Of a DNA stretch of 64,000 nt, positions 32,011 to 41,748 are shown piece after piece; position 1 is the first letter of the stretch, and each line of letters opens with the position of its first letter. Location of the stretch: positions 518,174 through 582,173 of the forward strand of contig JAJTXV010000001.1 in assembly GCA_021463845.1 (NCBI GenBank). Direction: 5' to 3'. A model generated the notes under the pieces. That model had not been told where the DNA came from, ran no database searches, and saw only the letters and a program-made list of their open reading frames with translations. Source of the DNA: Anaerolineales bacterium (GTDB lineage Bacteria > Chloroflexota > Anaerolineae > Anaerolineales > UBA11579). Position numbers and translations under genes: made by a program.

Positions 32011-34026
32011 ATGACTGACTCTCAAGACCTTCAACGCTTAGCGATCAACACCATTCGTTTCCTCTCGGCGGATGCCGTGCAGGAGGCCAACTCCGGCCAC
32101 CCGGGCCTGCCGATGGGCGCGGCCTCGATGGCCTACGCCCTGTGGATGCGGCACTTGCGCCACAATCCGAAGGACCCCCAGTGGGCCAACCGTGACCGTT
32201 TTGTGCTGTCAGGCGGGCATGGTTCCATGCTGTTGTATTCGCTGCTGCATTTGACCGGCTATCCGCTCAGTCTGGCGGAGATCAAGCGCTTCCGCCAATG
32301 GGAGAGCAAGACCCCCGGCCACCCAGAATACTGGGTTGCCCCCGGCGTCGAGACCAGCACTGGCCCACTGGGCCAGGGCTTTGCCAATGCGGTGGGCATG
32401 GCCATCGGCCAGGCCCACCTGGCGGCGCGCTTCAACCGAGCGGGCCACGACATCTTTGACTATTACACCTATGCCATCGTCACGGATGGCGATCTCATGG
32501 AGGGCATCACCTCCGAAGCCGCCTCGCTGGCGGGGCATCTCAAGCTGGGCAAGCTTATCTTCTTGTATGACGACAACAACATCTCGATCGATGGCAGCAC
32601 CCATCTGACCTTCACAGAAGATGTGGGCCAGCGCTTTGAGGCGTATGACTGGCATGTGCAGCATGTGGCCGATGGCAACGATGTGGACGCCATTGACGCG
32701 GCGCTGGCGGCGGCACAGGCTGACCCGCGGCCTTCACTGATCCGGGTCAAGACCATCATTGGTTACGGCTTGCCCAAACGCCAGGGTACCGAGAAGGCCC
32801 ACGGCGAGCCGCCCGGCAACGAAGAGCTCGAAGGGGCTAAGCGCGCCTTGGGCTGGCCGCTGGAGCCGCGCTTCCTCATCCCCGGCGAAGCGCTGGAGCA
32901 TTTCCGCGGTGCGGTGGAGCAGGGGGCTGAGCTCAAAGCCGCCTGGGACAGCAAGCTAGCCGGCTACAAGGCAGCCTATCCTGAGCTGTATAGTGAACTG
33001 CAGCGCATCCTGGCCGGCGAGCTGCCGGAGGGCTGGGACGCGGAGCTGCCCGAGTTCCCGGCGGACGCCAAGGGCATGGCCACGCGCGTGTCCTCGGGCA
33101 AGGTCATCAACGCCATTGCCGATAAGTTGCCGGATCTGCTGGGCGGCTCGGCGGACTTGCATCCTTCCACTAAAACTTTCATCAATTCTGCGCCGGACTT
33201 TCAGCCCGGCACACCGCAGGGGCGCAGTATCCACTATGGCGTGCGTGAGCACGCCATGGGCGGCATCGTCAATGGACTCAGCGTCACACCGGGTGTGATC
33301 CCCTTCGGGGCCACCTTCCTGGTGTTCTCGGATTACATGCGTGCCTCCATGCGCCTGTCGGCGCTCTCGCCGTACCCCAGCATCTGGGTCTTCACGCACG
33401 ACAGCATTGGCGTGGGCGAGGACGGGCCGACCCACCAGCCCATCGAGCACTTGGCCGCCCTGCGAGCCATCCCCAACATGCGCGTCATCCGCCCGGGTGA
33501 CGCCAACGAAGTGCGCGAAGCCTGGATCGCGGCGGTGCGTGACCGCAAGAACCCCACCACGCTGGTCTTCTCGCGGCAGGACCTGCCGACGCTGGAGCGC
33601 GGGCGCGGTGAGTTTGCGGCGGCCAAAGGGCTGCACAAGGGCGCGTATGTGCTGGCCGATTGGGGCAAGAAGAAAAAACCCGACATTATTCTGATGGCGT
33701 CCGGGTCGGAAGTCTCGCTGATCGTAGAAGCGGGCCGCAAGCTGGCCAAAGACGGCGTCACGGTGCGCCTGGTGTCGTTCCCGAGCTGGGAGCTGTTCGC
33801 GGCCCAGCCCAAGAGCTACCGCGACAAGGTGCTGCCGCCGGCGGTGACCGCCCGACTCTCGGTAGAGGCGGGTGTGGCGCAGGGCTGGCAGCAGTGGGCC
33901 GGCGTCCAGGTCAGCCTGGAGCGCTTCGGTGCCTCGGCGCCCGGCGACGAAGCCATGCGCAAGCTGGGCTTCAGCGCGGCCAACGTGCTGAAGCACGCCC
34001 GGGCGCAGCTGCCGAAGAAGAGGTAG
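32011..34026 (+). CDS. tkt: Transketolase
   Basis: ORF 31951..34026, with the start at ATG 32011 ([32 protein letters not shown]). Motifs: GDGDLMEG-type, [21 protein letters not shown]. Confidence 0.92.
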   Translation: MTDSQDLQRLAINTIRFLSADAVQEANSGHPGLPMGAASMAYALWMRHLRHNPKDPQWANRDRFVLSGGHGSMLLYSLLHLTGYPLSLAEIKRFRQWESKTPGHPEYWVAPGVETSTGPLGQGFANAVGMAIGQAHLAARFNRAGHDIFDYYTYAIVTDGDLMEGITSEAASLAGHLKLGKLIFLYDDNNISIDGSTHLTFTEDVGQRFEAYDWHVQHVADGNDVDAIDAALAAAQADPRPSLIRVKTIIGYGLPKRQGTEKAHGEPPGNEELEGAKRALGWPLEPRFLIPGEALEHFRGAVEQGAELKAAWDSKLAGYKAAYPELYSELQRILAGELPEGWDAELPEFPADAKGMATRVSSGKVINAIADKLPDLLGGSADLHPSTKTFINSAPDFQPGTPQGRSIHYGVREHAMGGIVNGLSVTPGVIPFGATFLVFSDYMRASMRLSALSPYPSIWVFTHDSIGVGEDGPTHQPIEHLAALRAIPNMRVIRPGDANEVREAWIAAVRDRKNPTTLVFSRQDLPTLERGRGEFAAAKGLHKGAYVLADWGKKKKPDIILMASGSEVSLIVEAGRKLAKDGVTVRLVSFPSWELFAAQPKSYRDKVLPPAVTARLSVEAGVAQGWQQWAGVQVSLERFGASAPGDEAMRKLGFSAANVLKHARAQLPKKR

Positions 34027-34029
34027 CAG

Positions 34030-34890
34030 GTGGCCCCGCGCCGCAAGCTGGCCGTCACCGCCCGCGTGGTGCATGGCGACAATCTGGCCGTGCTGCGCGG
34101 CTTGCCCGACGCGTGCGTGAACCTCATATACATTGATCCGCCGTTCAACACCGGCAAGAAGCAAGCCCGCAGCCGCCTGCGCACGGAGCGCAGCCAGGAT
34201 GGCGACCGGGTGGGCTTCGGCGGGCGGCGCTACAGCACGACAGTGCTGGGCAGCCGCGCCTTCGACGACGCCTTTGACGACTATCTGGAATTTCTGGAGC
34301 CACGTTTGCGCGAGGCGCACCGCGTGCTGGCGACGGACGGCAGCTTCTATTTCCATGTCGATTACCGCGAAGTGCACTATTGCAAGATCCTGCTCGACGA
34401 GATCTTCGGCCGGCACAATTTCTTGAACGAGATTATCTGGGCCTATGACTATGGCGGGCGATCCAAGGACCGCTGGCCCGCCAAGCACGACAACATTCTG
34501 CTGTACGTCAAAAATAACAAGCGCTACACCTTCAACGTTGAGGACATCGAGCGTATCCCGTATATGGCGCCGGCGCTGGCGGGTGAAGCCAAGGCCGCCC
34601 GCGGCAAGCTGCCCACGGACACCTGGTGGCATACCATCGTGAGCCCGACGGGCAAGGAGAAAACCGGGTACCCTACCCAGAAGCCGCTCGGCGTGCTGCG
34701 CCGCATCATCACGGCCTCGTCCAACCCGGGCGACCTGGTGCTGGACTTCTTTGCGGGCAGCGGCACCACCGGTGCGGCTGCCCTGGAGCTGGGGCGCCGC
34801 TTCCTGCTGGTGGACAGCCACAAGGAAGCGATTGATGTAATGCGCGCCAGGTTTAAGAGCAAGGAAGTGGAATTCACAGAAGAAAAATAG
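34030..34890 (+). CDS. Beta-class DNA methyltransferase (N6-adenine or N4-cytosine), orphan
   Basis: 286 aa with a GTG start 4 nt after the tkt stop. Motif IV (IYIDPPFNTG) precedes motif I (VLDFFAGSGTTGAAA), which is the beta-class order. No nuclease gene is adjacent. Confidence 0.8.
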   Translation: MAPRRKLAVTARVVHGDNLAVLRGLPDACVNLIYIDPPFNTGKKQARSRLRTERSQDGDRVGFGGRRYSTTVLGSRAFDDAFDDYLEFLEPRLREAHRVLATDGSFYFHVDYREVHYCKILLDEIFGRHNFLNEIIWAYDYGGRSKDRWPAKHDNILLYVKNNKRYTFNVEDIERIPYMAPALAGEAKAARGKLPTDTWWHTIVSPTGKEKTGYPTQKPLGVLRRIITASSNPGDLVLDFFAGSGTTGAAALELGRRFLLVDSHKEAIDVMRARFKSKEVEFTEEK

Positions 34891-34891
34891 A

Positions 34892-34930
34892 GAGTAGAGA
34901 TTGGAGATTTAAATCTCTACTCTCCAATCT
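34892..34930 (+). terminator. Overlapping, mutually exclusive hairpins after the methyltransferase gene
   Basis: gagtagagatt (34892-34902) pairs with aatctctactc (34912-34922). agattggaga (34897-34906) pairs with tctccaatct (34921-34930). An inner palindrome reads gagatttaaatctc. Confidence 0.45.
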
Positions 34931-34975
34931 CTATTCTCGTTCTCGAAGCAGACGTATTGCATACAAGGAGTTCTC

Positions 34976-36109
34976 ATGACCACCAAACCCCAAAAACTCT
35001 ACGCCCTGGGCCAGTCCCTGTGGTATGACAACATCGAGCGCCGGTTGTTGGAGAATGGCGAGCTCAAGGCCATGATCGAGCGCGGCGATATTTATGGCGT
35101 CACCTCCAACCCCAGCATCTTCAACAACGCCATCGGCAAGTCCACCGATTACGATGGCCAGCTGGCTGAACTGGCGCGGGCGGGCAAGAACACTGCCGCT
35201 ATCTACGACGCGCTGACAGTGCAGGATATTCAGGCGGCCTGCGACCTGTTCCGCCCGCTGTACGACAGCACGCGCGGCGGGGATGGGTATGTCAGCATCG
35301 AGGTGCACCCAGACCTGGCGCACGACACGGCCGGCACGGAGGAGGAAGCCCGCCGCCTGTGGGCGCTGGTGGACCGCCCTAATCTCATGGTCAAGATCCC
35401 GGCGACGAAGGAAGGCATCCCTGCCATCCAGTCCTCGATCGCGCGGGGCATCAACATCAACATCACGCTGATCTTCTCCCTCCAGCGCTATGCCGAAGTC
35501 ATTGAGGCGTACCTGGCGGGTCTGGAAGAACGCATCGCCAACAATCTGCCCATCGGGCACATTGCCTCGGTGGCGTCTTTCTTTATCTCGCGGATCGATA
35601 CCAAGGTGGACGGCTGGCTGGACGCGCTGGCCGGCGAGCAGGCCAGCGTGGGTTCGACCCTGGCCGCCAAGGCGGCCGCGCTCAAGGGCAAGATCGCGGT
35701 GGCGAATGCCAAACTGGCCTACAAGCTGTTCCGCGACACCTTCTCCGGCGAGCGCTTTGAGGCGATCGCCCACAAGGGCGGCCGCCGCCAGCGCCCGCTG
35801 TGGGCCTCGACCAGCACCAAGAACCCGGCCTATCCTGACCTGCTCTATGTGGACATGCTGGTGGGCAAGGACACCGTGAATACGGTGCCGCCCCAGACCC
35901 TCGAAGCGGCCAAGCACCACGCCGCTGCGGTGCTGAGCATTGAGGACGGGATGGATGAGGCCCGCTACCAGCTAGCGAATCTAGAGATGCTGGGGCTCTC
36001 GTTGGATAAGGCGACCGATGAAGTGGAGCAGGAGGGCGTGGCGGCTTTCAGCAAGGCCATCAATGACCTGTTCGCTACGATCGAACAGCGCGCCGCCGAA
36101 TTCCGCTAG
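34976..36109 (+). CDS. tal: Transaldolase (long form)
   Basis: 377 aa. Motifs: LWYDNIERRLL, GVTSNPSIF, VSIEV, MVKIPATKEG. Confidence 0.9.
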   Translation: MTTKPQKLYALGQSLWYDNIERRLLENGELKAMIERGDIYGVTSNPSIFNNAIGKSTDYDGQLAELARAGKNTAAIYDALTVQDIQAACDLFRPLYDSTRGGDGYVSIEVHPDLAHDTAGTEEEARRLWALVDRPNLMVKIPATKEGIPAIQSSIARGININITLIFSLQRYAEVIEAYLAGLEERIANNLPIGHIASVASFFISRIDTKVDGWLDALAGEQASVGSTLAAKAAALKGKIAVANAKLAYKLFRDTFSGERFEAIAHKGGRRQRPLWASTSTKNPAYPDLLYVDMLVGKDTVNTVPPQTLEAAKHHAAAVLSIEDGMDEARYQLANLEMLGLSLDKATDEVEQEGVAAFSKAINDLFATIEQRAAEFR

Positions 36110-36181
36110 TACAGATTACCCAGCCCAGCGAGGGGCCAAGCCGGAGTATAGGGCCGTATACTCATAACAAATTAATTCAGC

Positions 36182-38950
36182 GTGCGTTTCCTGCACATGA
36201 GGAGATTCCGCTTGCGCTCTATACACTTGCCTCGCCTAAGCTTTATATTGCTCCTTTCGCTGGTTCTGGCCGCCTGTGGCGGCTCTGCCGCCAGCCCGCC
36301 AGATTTTGCCCCGACGGCTACTCCCGATATTGACATCCCCATCGAAGACCTGCTGGTGTTTGTGCCCGGCGGGCCTTTTATTATGGGCAGTGATCCCGAG
36401 GTGGATACGCTGGCACGGGAAGATGAACTGCCGGCGCGGCGTGTCACCTTGAGCGGCTTTCTTATCTATCGTAATGAAGTTACCAACGAGATGTACGCGC
36501 AGTGTGTGGAGGCCGGCGAATGCACAAGCCCGGCCGTGATCGAGGACGAGGAAGACCCCGAAACCGACACAGCTACGCAGCATTACGGCGACCCTGAGTA
36601 CAAAGACCACCCGGTGGTGGGCGTCAATTGGTATCAGGCGCAGGATTTCTGCGGCTGGCTGAATGCACGCTTGCCCAGCGAAGCGGAGTGGGAGAAGACC
36701 GCCCGCGGCGAGCTGGCCGCGCTGTACCCCTGGGGCGATGACGAGCCGCTGTGTGACCGCGCCAACGGCGGCGACTGCATTTTGGACACGATCACTGAAA
36801 AGATCGGCCAGCTTCCGCTGGGCGAGAGTGTGTACGAAGCCAATGATCTGGCTGGCAACGTGTGGGAGTGGACGGCCGATTGGTACGACCCTGAATACTA
36901 CGAACTCGGTGTGAGCAGCAACCCGCTTGGCCCGCAGGACGGCGAGCTGAAGGTGGTGCGCGGCGGCAGCTATCTGGATGCGGCGCAAGACTTGCGCTCA
37001 GCGGCGCGCTTTGCGCTGGACCCTGAGGACGCGTTCAACGAAGTGGGTTTCCGCTGTGTGCCGATCGGCGTGGACCAGCCGGCAGGCACGCGTGCCCCGT
37101 ATTGCCAGCCTGCGTATACACCGCTGTGTACTGACCCTGACAACCCCGGCGGCGACTGTACTCCGCCGAATGATGGCGGCGAAACCACTGATCTTGAGTG
37201 GTTGGGCTTCGCCTGCCCGCGTGACGGCTACATTCGCTTCACGATCGATGGCGGCGGCCGCTCAGCGGACGATTACGATGTGACTATCAACGGCATTCCG
37301 TACAACTGCTTTGACTCCACGGTCAACCCCGGCCGCTGGATCTGTGAGGGCACGGCCCAGTCGCAAGGCACCCTGGTCACTGTTACGGCCTGCCCTGCGC
37401 CGCAAGGCGCGCTGCCAGCTCCGCAGTTGGCGGCCTACACGCCCACGCCTGAGGGTCAGACGGCTGGGCTGGTAGGCTTCCAGCCGCCCAGCGGGCCGGC
37501 TGTGCAGCTGGTGGCCTTCGACCCGCACAGTGTTGCGCTGCAGCCGGCGGTTTTGCAGGCCTTCGCGCCTCAGGCTGCGCCTGCTTTGCAAGCTGCAGCC
37601 GCCTACTGCCCAGAGGGCCTGGTGTTCGACCCGGCTACAGGCCAGTGCCTGCCGCAGGAATCATCCTGCCCGGACGGCTGGACCTATGACAGCGCGCAGA
37701 TGCAGTGTGTGCCCGATGGCCAGTCTGACTGTCCGGAAGGCACGACTTACAACGCCACGGCGCAGTCTTGCATCCCCGGCGGCGGTGATGACGGCGAGCC
37801 CTTATGCCCGGAGCCGTTTGTATATGACCGCCTGACGGGGTATTGCCAACCACCCAGCAATGACGACGGCGGAGGATTGTGCGGGCCGGGCTACTTCTAT
37901 GACCGCAATATTATGTGCTGCTCACCGATCCAGGGTCGCCCTGAGACTTGTGATGATGGCAGTGCGCGCAACCCCTTGACCGGCGCGTGTGAAACCCAGG
38001 ATGTAAATGGCTGCCCGGAGGGCACCGTGTACAACCAGTATGACGGCGTGTGCTATCCGGTCACGATCACCCACCGAGCCGCCAACAACCCCGACAGCAA
38101 TGTGGATGTGGAGTGCGGCCCGAACCAATACTATGACTCGCGCAGTCTGCAGTGTGTGGACTTGCCCGATGGGATTTGTGGCCCTGGCTACTACTATGAG
38201 AGCCGCCAGCAAACCTGTGTGCCGACGGATGGCCCCGGCAGTGGCTGTGCACCTGGCTATACATTCAGCTCACGCTTGAACTGCTGTGTGGGCACACCGG
38301 GCAACGATGGCAGCACCTGTGCGGATGGACAGAGCGGTACGTCTCGATTGCAAAGCTTTGCGTATGCGGCGGCGACAGGCGGCACCTACTGCGACCCCGG
38401 CCCGGGCAACAGCGATGGCTGCCCGCAGGGCTATTACTTTGACACTGCTCAGCAAACCTGCATGCCGGCAACAGGGGCGGGAGTGCCTTCGCAGGATGGG
38501 TTGTGCCCGCAGGGTATGTACTACGACACTGCCTTTGGCGCATGCTTCCCAATGACGCCCACTGCTCCCATGGGTTGCGGCCCCGGCCAGTACTTTGATC
38601 ACCAGCTCGGCTTCTGTGTACAGGCGGGGTGCGGTGGCTGTGCGCTCGGCTACACCTTGAACCCACGCACGCAGACCTGCCAGCCCATCAGCGGCACAAC
38701 CTCTGAAGGTTGTTGGACTATTACACAGTCTGTGCCTGTATGCGCGTTTGAGCCTACGGCCACCCCGGTATGTCCGACCGGAGAAATCTGGGACCCGATC
38801 GCTTTGCGTTGTGACGATATCCCAGAAGATCAGCCTGGCGGATCAACGATAAATTGTAGTCAGATTAGCCCAACCTCATGCAATAGCACCCCTGGATGCC
38901 GGCTAGTAATACCTCCTGCTGGCGGTCCAGCATACTGCACGAATCAGTAG
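36182..38950 (+). CDS. Lipoprotein: FGE/SUMF1-type (formylglycine-generating-enzyme-like) domain plus ~15 tandem Cys-pair repeats
   Basis: 922 aa. It has a lipobox (LVLAACGG). The FGE-sulfatase domain reads RRVTLSGFLIYRNEVTNEMY...HPVVGVNWYQAQDFCGWLNARLPSEAEWEKTARG...NVWEWTADWY...VVRGGSY...GFRCV. Repeated C-[PGA]-x-G-x-x-[YFW]-[DN]-x(3-6)-C modules follow. Confidence 0.7.
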   Translation: MRFLHMRRFRLRSIHLPRLSFILLLSLVLAACGGSAASPPDFAPTATPDIDIPIEDLLVFVPGGPFIMGSDPEVDTLAREDELPARRVTLSGFLIYRNEVTNEMYAQCVEAGECTSPAVIEDEEDPETDTATQHYGDPEYKDHPVVGVNWYQAQDFCGWLNARLPSEAEWEKTARGELAALYPWGDDEPLCDRANGGDCILDTITEKIGQLPLGESVYEANDLAGNVWEWTADWYDPEYYELGVSSNPLGPQDGELKVVRGGSYLDAAQDLRSAARFALDPEDAFNEVGFRCVPIGVDQPAGTRAPYCQPAYTPLCTDPDNPGGDCTPPNDGGETTDLEWLGFACPRDGYIRFTIDGGGRSADDYDVTINGIPYNCFDSTVNPGRWICEGTAQSQGTLVTVTACPAPQGALPAPQLAAYTPTPEGQTAGLVGFQPPSGPAVQLVAFDPHSVALQPAVLQAFAPQAAPALQAAAAYCPEGLVFDPATGQCLPQESSCPDGWTYDSAQMQCVPDGQSDCPEGTTYNATAQSCIPGGGDDGEPLCPEPFVYDRLTGYCQPPSNDDGGGLCGPGYFYDRNIMCCSPIQGRPETCDDGSARNPLTGACETQDVNGCPEGTVYNQYDGVCYPVTITHRAANNPDSNVDVECGPNQYYDSRSLQCVDLPDGICGPGYYYESRQQTCVPTDGPGSGCAPGYTFSSRLNCCVGTPGNDGSTCADGQSGTSRLQSFAYAAATGGTYCDPGPGNSDGCPQGYYFDTAQQTCMPATGAGVPSQDGLCPQGMYYDTAFGACFPMTPTAPMGCGPGQYFDHQLGFCVQAGCGGCALGYTLNPRTQTCQPISGTTSEGCWTITQSVPVCAFEPTATPVCPTGEIWDPIALRCDDIPEDQPGGSTINCSQISPTSCNSTPGCRLVIPPAGGPAYCTNQ

Positions 38951-38971
38951 TAACCAGGATAGTTACTGAGT

Positions 38972-39010
38972 ACACAACGAGGCGCAACCGATTGCGCCTC
39001 GTTGTGTTTA
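38972..39010 (+). terminator. Terminator-like 16-bp hairpin
   Basis: acacaacgaggcgcaa-ccga-ttgcgcctcgttgtgt, followed by TTTAAG. The U-tract is short. Confidence 0.55.
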
Positions 39011-39026
39011 AGAACCTAACTTGCTT

Positions 39027-39782
39027 ATGAACGGAATTGAATTCGCACTTGACAGTAATTCGATCGCTACCTTGACGGTCAACCGGCCACAGGTGCGCAA
39101 CGGGCTGGATTGGGCCGCAATGGATTCGTTTGCGGCGGCGATCAAGCGCGTGGCGGAGGCCAGGAGCATCCGTGCCCTGATCATTACCGGCGCCGGCGAG
39201 ACCTTCGTCTCCGGCGGCGATCTGAAGGCGCTGGCGCCGTACACCAAGCGCAAGGATGGCATGCGCCTGGCGACAGTGATGGGCAAAGCGCTCGGCGCAC
39301 TGCGCGGGCTGCACTGCCCAACGATCGCAGCGATCAACGGCCCAGCGCGTGGCGGCGGCGCCGAGATCGCCGTGGCATGTGACCAGCGCATCATGGCTGA
39401 AGATGCGGACATCGGTTTCGTGCATGCCAAGCTGGGCATCACCACCGCCTGGGGTGGGGCGCGCTATCTGCTGCAGCTGGTGGGCTATCCCACCGCGCTG
39501 GAGCTCCTCACCACGGCGCGTGTGCTGCCGGCCCACGAGGCCAAGGCGATCGGCTTGGTGGGCCACATCAGTGCGCCGGGCGGCGCACTGGAGGCGGCCC
39601 GCAAGCTGGCCGGCGAGATGGCCCAGCACCCGGCCGAAGCGGTGCAGGCGGCCAAGCGGCTGCTGCAGTTCGCGGTGGCCAGCCCGTTGGTGGCGAAGCA
39701 CGCCGAGCGGCGCCTGTTCTCGTTCCTGTGGGACACCGAATACCGCCGCCAAGCGGTGGCGCGCTTTTTGAAACGCAAATAA
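39027..39782 (+). CDS. Enoyl-CoA hydratase/isomerase (crotonase) family protein
   Basis: ORF 39021..39782, with ATG at 39027. Motifs: LTVNRPQVRNGLD, ITGAGETFVSGGDLK, INGPARGGGAEIA. Confidence 0.8.
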   Translation: MNGIEFALDSNSIATLTVNRPQVRNGLDWAAMDSFAAAIKRVAEARSIRALIITGAGETFVSGGDLKALAPYTKRKDGMRLATVMGKALGALRGLHCPTIAAINGPARGGGAEIAVACDQRIMAEDADIGFVHAKLGITTAWGGARYLLQLVGYPTALELLTTARVLPAHEAKAIGLVGHISAPGGALEAARKLAGEMAQHPAEAVQAAKRLLQFAVASPLVAKHAERRLFSFLWDTEYRRQAVARFLKRK

Positions 39783-39853
39783 GCGTTGACAGGGTGAAGG
39801 CAGTGTTAAACCTGGTATCTAGATTCCTGGATTGATTGCACTAGTATTCCCGC

Positions 39854-40348
39854 ATGCCTGATATCAGCTTATTGACTTTTGCGCGCTGGGTGCATGTCCT
39901 CGGCGGCGCGGCCTGGCTGGGCGAAGTGGTGGTGATCGTCTTCGTGCTGGTGCCGACCGCGCTACGCATGGAGCCAGCCGCTCGCCTGGATTTTGTGGGC
40001 CGCGTGTTCCCGCGTATCTTTCGTTTGGCTTCCGTGCTGGCTTCGTTCACTCTGATCGCGGGGGCGGCGCTCAACTATCTGCTGACCGGCTGGCAGAACC
40101 TTGGGGCTTATTTCAGTTCGCCGCGCGGCGTATTCATTGCGATCGGCGGCGGCTTGGGTCTGGCGCTGGGCTTGTTTCATTTCTTTGTAGAGCACCGGAT
40201 CGAACCTGGCATTAAGGTAATGTCACAGAACATGAGCCCTGAGGAGGCGGCGCGTATTGTCAAGGTGCTGACGATCGTGCCGCGAGCGGGCTTATGCGTG
40301 ATGCTGGCCATCTTTGTTTCCATGATGATCGGCGCGCGTGGTTTCTAA
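39854..40348 (+). CDS. Membrane protein (4 TM; CopD/DUF2269-like)
   Basis: 164 aa. The opening FARWVHVLGGAAWLGEVVVIVF resembles CopD-type helices. The assignment is weak. Confidence 0.4.
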   Translation: MPDISLLTFARWVHVLGGAAWLGEVVVIVFVLVPTALRMEPAARLDFVGRVFPRIFRLASVLASFTLIAGAALNYLLTGWQNLGAYFSSPRGVFIAIGGGLGLALGLFHFFVEHRIEPGIKVMSQNMSPEEAARIVKVLTIVPRAGLCVMLAIFVSMMIGARGF

Positions 40349-40394
40349 ACCTCTGGCTTAGGCTATAGTAGTACGGTAACCTGAGGAGGTTGCC

Positions 40395-40814
40395 ATGGCT
40401 GACGGTCCGCAGACAGTTAGTGAGTACATCAAAACATTCCCAAAAGGCACGCAGGAGAAACTGACCGCGATTCGCAAGATCATCAAGAGTGTTGCGCCAG
40501 CCGCAGTTGAATCGGTCAGCTATCGCATCGCGGGCTATAAACTGGATGGCAAGGTGCTGATGTATTTCGCCGGGCACAGCCAGCATGTGGCCGTGTATCC
40601 CATTCCTCCGCTACCTCCGGCAGATGAAAAGCAGGTCAAGCCCTATCTGGTATCCAAGGGTACGCTGCGCTTCGCGCTGGATAAGCCGCTGCCGCTGGGT
40701 TTGATCCGCAAGGTGGCTCAGGGGCATCTGAGGCGCGTGGGAGCTTCCGGTTCCAAGGCCAAGACGACAACCAAGAAGGCGACCAAAGCCAAGACGAAGC
40801 GCGCCGCAAAGTAG
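40395..40814 (+). CDS. DUF1801 (YdhG-like) domain protein with Lys-rich tail
   Basis: 139 aa. VSEYIKTFPKGTQEKL..IRKIIKSVAP.A.ESVSY...YKLDGKVLMYFAGH resembles the DUF1801 pattern. The tail reads KAKTTTKKATKAKTKRAAK. Confidence 0.55.
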   Translation: MADGPQTVSEYIKTFPKGTQEKLTAIRKIIKSVAPAAVESVSYRIAGYKLDGKVLMYFAGHSQHVAVYPIPPLPPADEKQVKPYLVSKGTLRFALDKPLPLGLIRKVAQGHLRRVGASGSKAKTTTKKATKAKTKRAAK

Positions 40815-40836
40815 CGCCAAGATATAGGAGTTGTGC

Positions 40837-41748
40837 ATGAAAATCGCCATGATCGGCCTGGGCCGCATGGGCGGCAACATGAGCCGCCGCTTGCTGAAGG
40901 CTGGCCACGAAGTAGTGGGCTACAACTTGAGCGAAGATGTCACCCGCCAGCTGCAAGAGGAGGCCGGGCTGCTGCCAGCCTTCTCGCTGGCAGAGGCGGT
41001 GGGCCAATTGGAAGCGCCGCGGGCGGTGTGGCTGATGCTGCCCGCTGGCGAAGTGACCGAGAGCACGATCGAGGTGCTGGCGGGCCAGCTGGCGGCCGGC
41101 GACACAATCATTGACGGCGGCAATGCCAACTTTCGCGACAGTATGCGCCGCGGCGCCATGCTGGCTGAGCGCGGCATCCATTTTGTTGACGTTGGGGTCA
41201 GCGGGGGCGTGTGGGGCCTGGAGAATGGCTACGGCCTGATGATCGGCGGGGATGCGGCCGCGGTGGAGCGCTTGGAGCCTGTTTTTAAGGCGCTGGCGCC
41301 GGCCGAGGACAAGGGCTGGGGCCGGGTTGGCCCGAGCGGGGCTGGGCATTACGTTAAGATGGTCCACAACGGCATCGAATACGGCCTGATGCAGGCGTAT
41401 GCTGAAGGATTCGAACTGATGGCGACCAAGGAGGAGTTTGCGCTGGATGTGCACCAGATCGCAGAGATGTGGCGGCACGGCACGGTGGTGCGCTCCTGGC
41501 TGCTGGATCTGGCAGCCCGCGCACTGGAATCCGACGCGAAGCTCACAGATATCGCTGGCTATGTAGAAGATTCTGGCGAGGGGCGCTGGACCGTTTTTGA
41601 GGCGATCAATCAGGATGTTCCGGCGCCGGTCATCACACTGTCGCTCATGCAGCGCTTTGCCAGCCGCCGGCCAGAGAGCTTTGCCAATAAGCTGATCGCC
41701 GCCCTGCGCAACCAGTTTGGCGGGCACGCGGTCAAGAAGGCCGAATGA
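40837..41748 (+). CDS. gnd: 6-phosphogluconate dehydrogenase, short (about 300 aa) decarboxylating form
   Basis: ATG 40837 lies 6 nt after AGGAG. Motifs: [39 protein letters not shown]. Confidence 0.85.
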   Translation: MKIAMIGLGRMGGNMSRRLLKAGHEVVGYNLSEDVTRQLQEEAGLLPAFSLAEAVGQLEAPRAVWLMLPAGEVTESTIEVLAGQLAAGDTIIDGGNANFRDSMRRGAMLAERGIHFVDVGVSGGVWGLENGYGLMIGGDAAAVERLEPVFKALAPAEDKGWGRVGPSGAGHYVKMVHNGIEYGLMQAYAEGFELMATKEEFALDVHQIAEMWRHGTVVRSWLLDLAARALESDAKLTDIAGYVEDSGEGRWTVFEAINQDVPAPVITLSLMQRFASRRPESFANKLIAALRNQFGGHAVKKAE

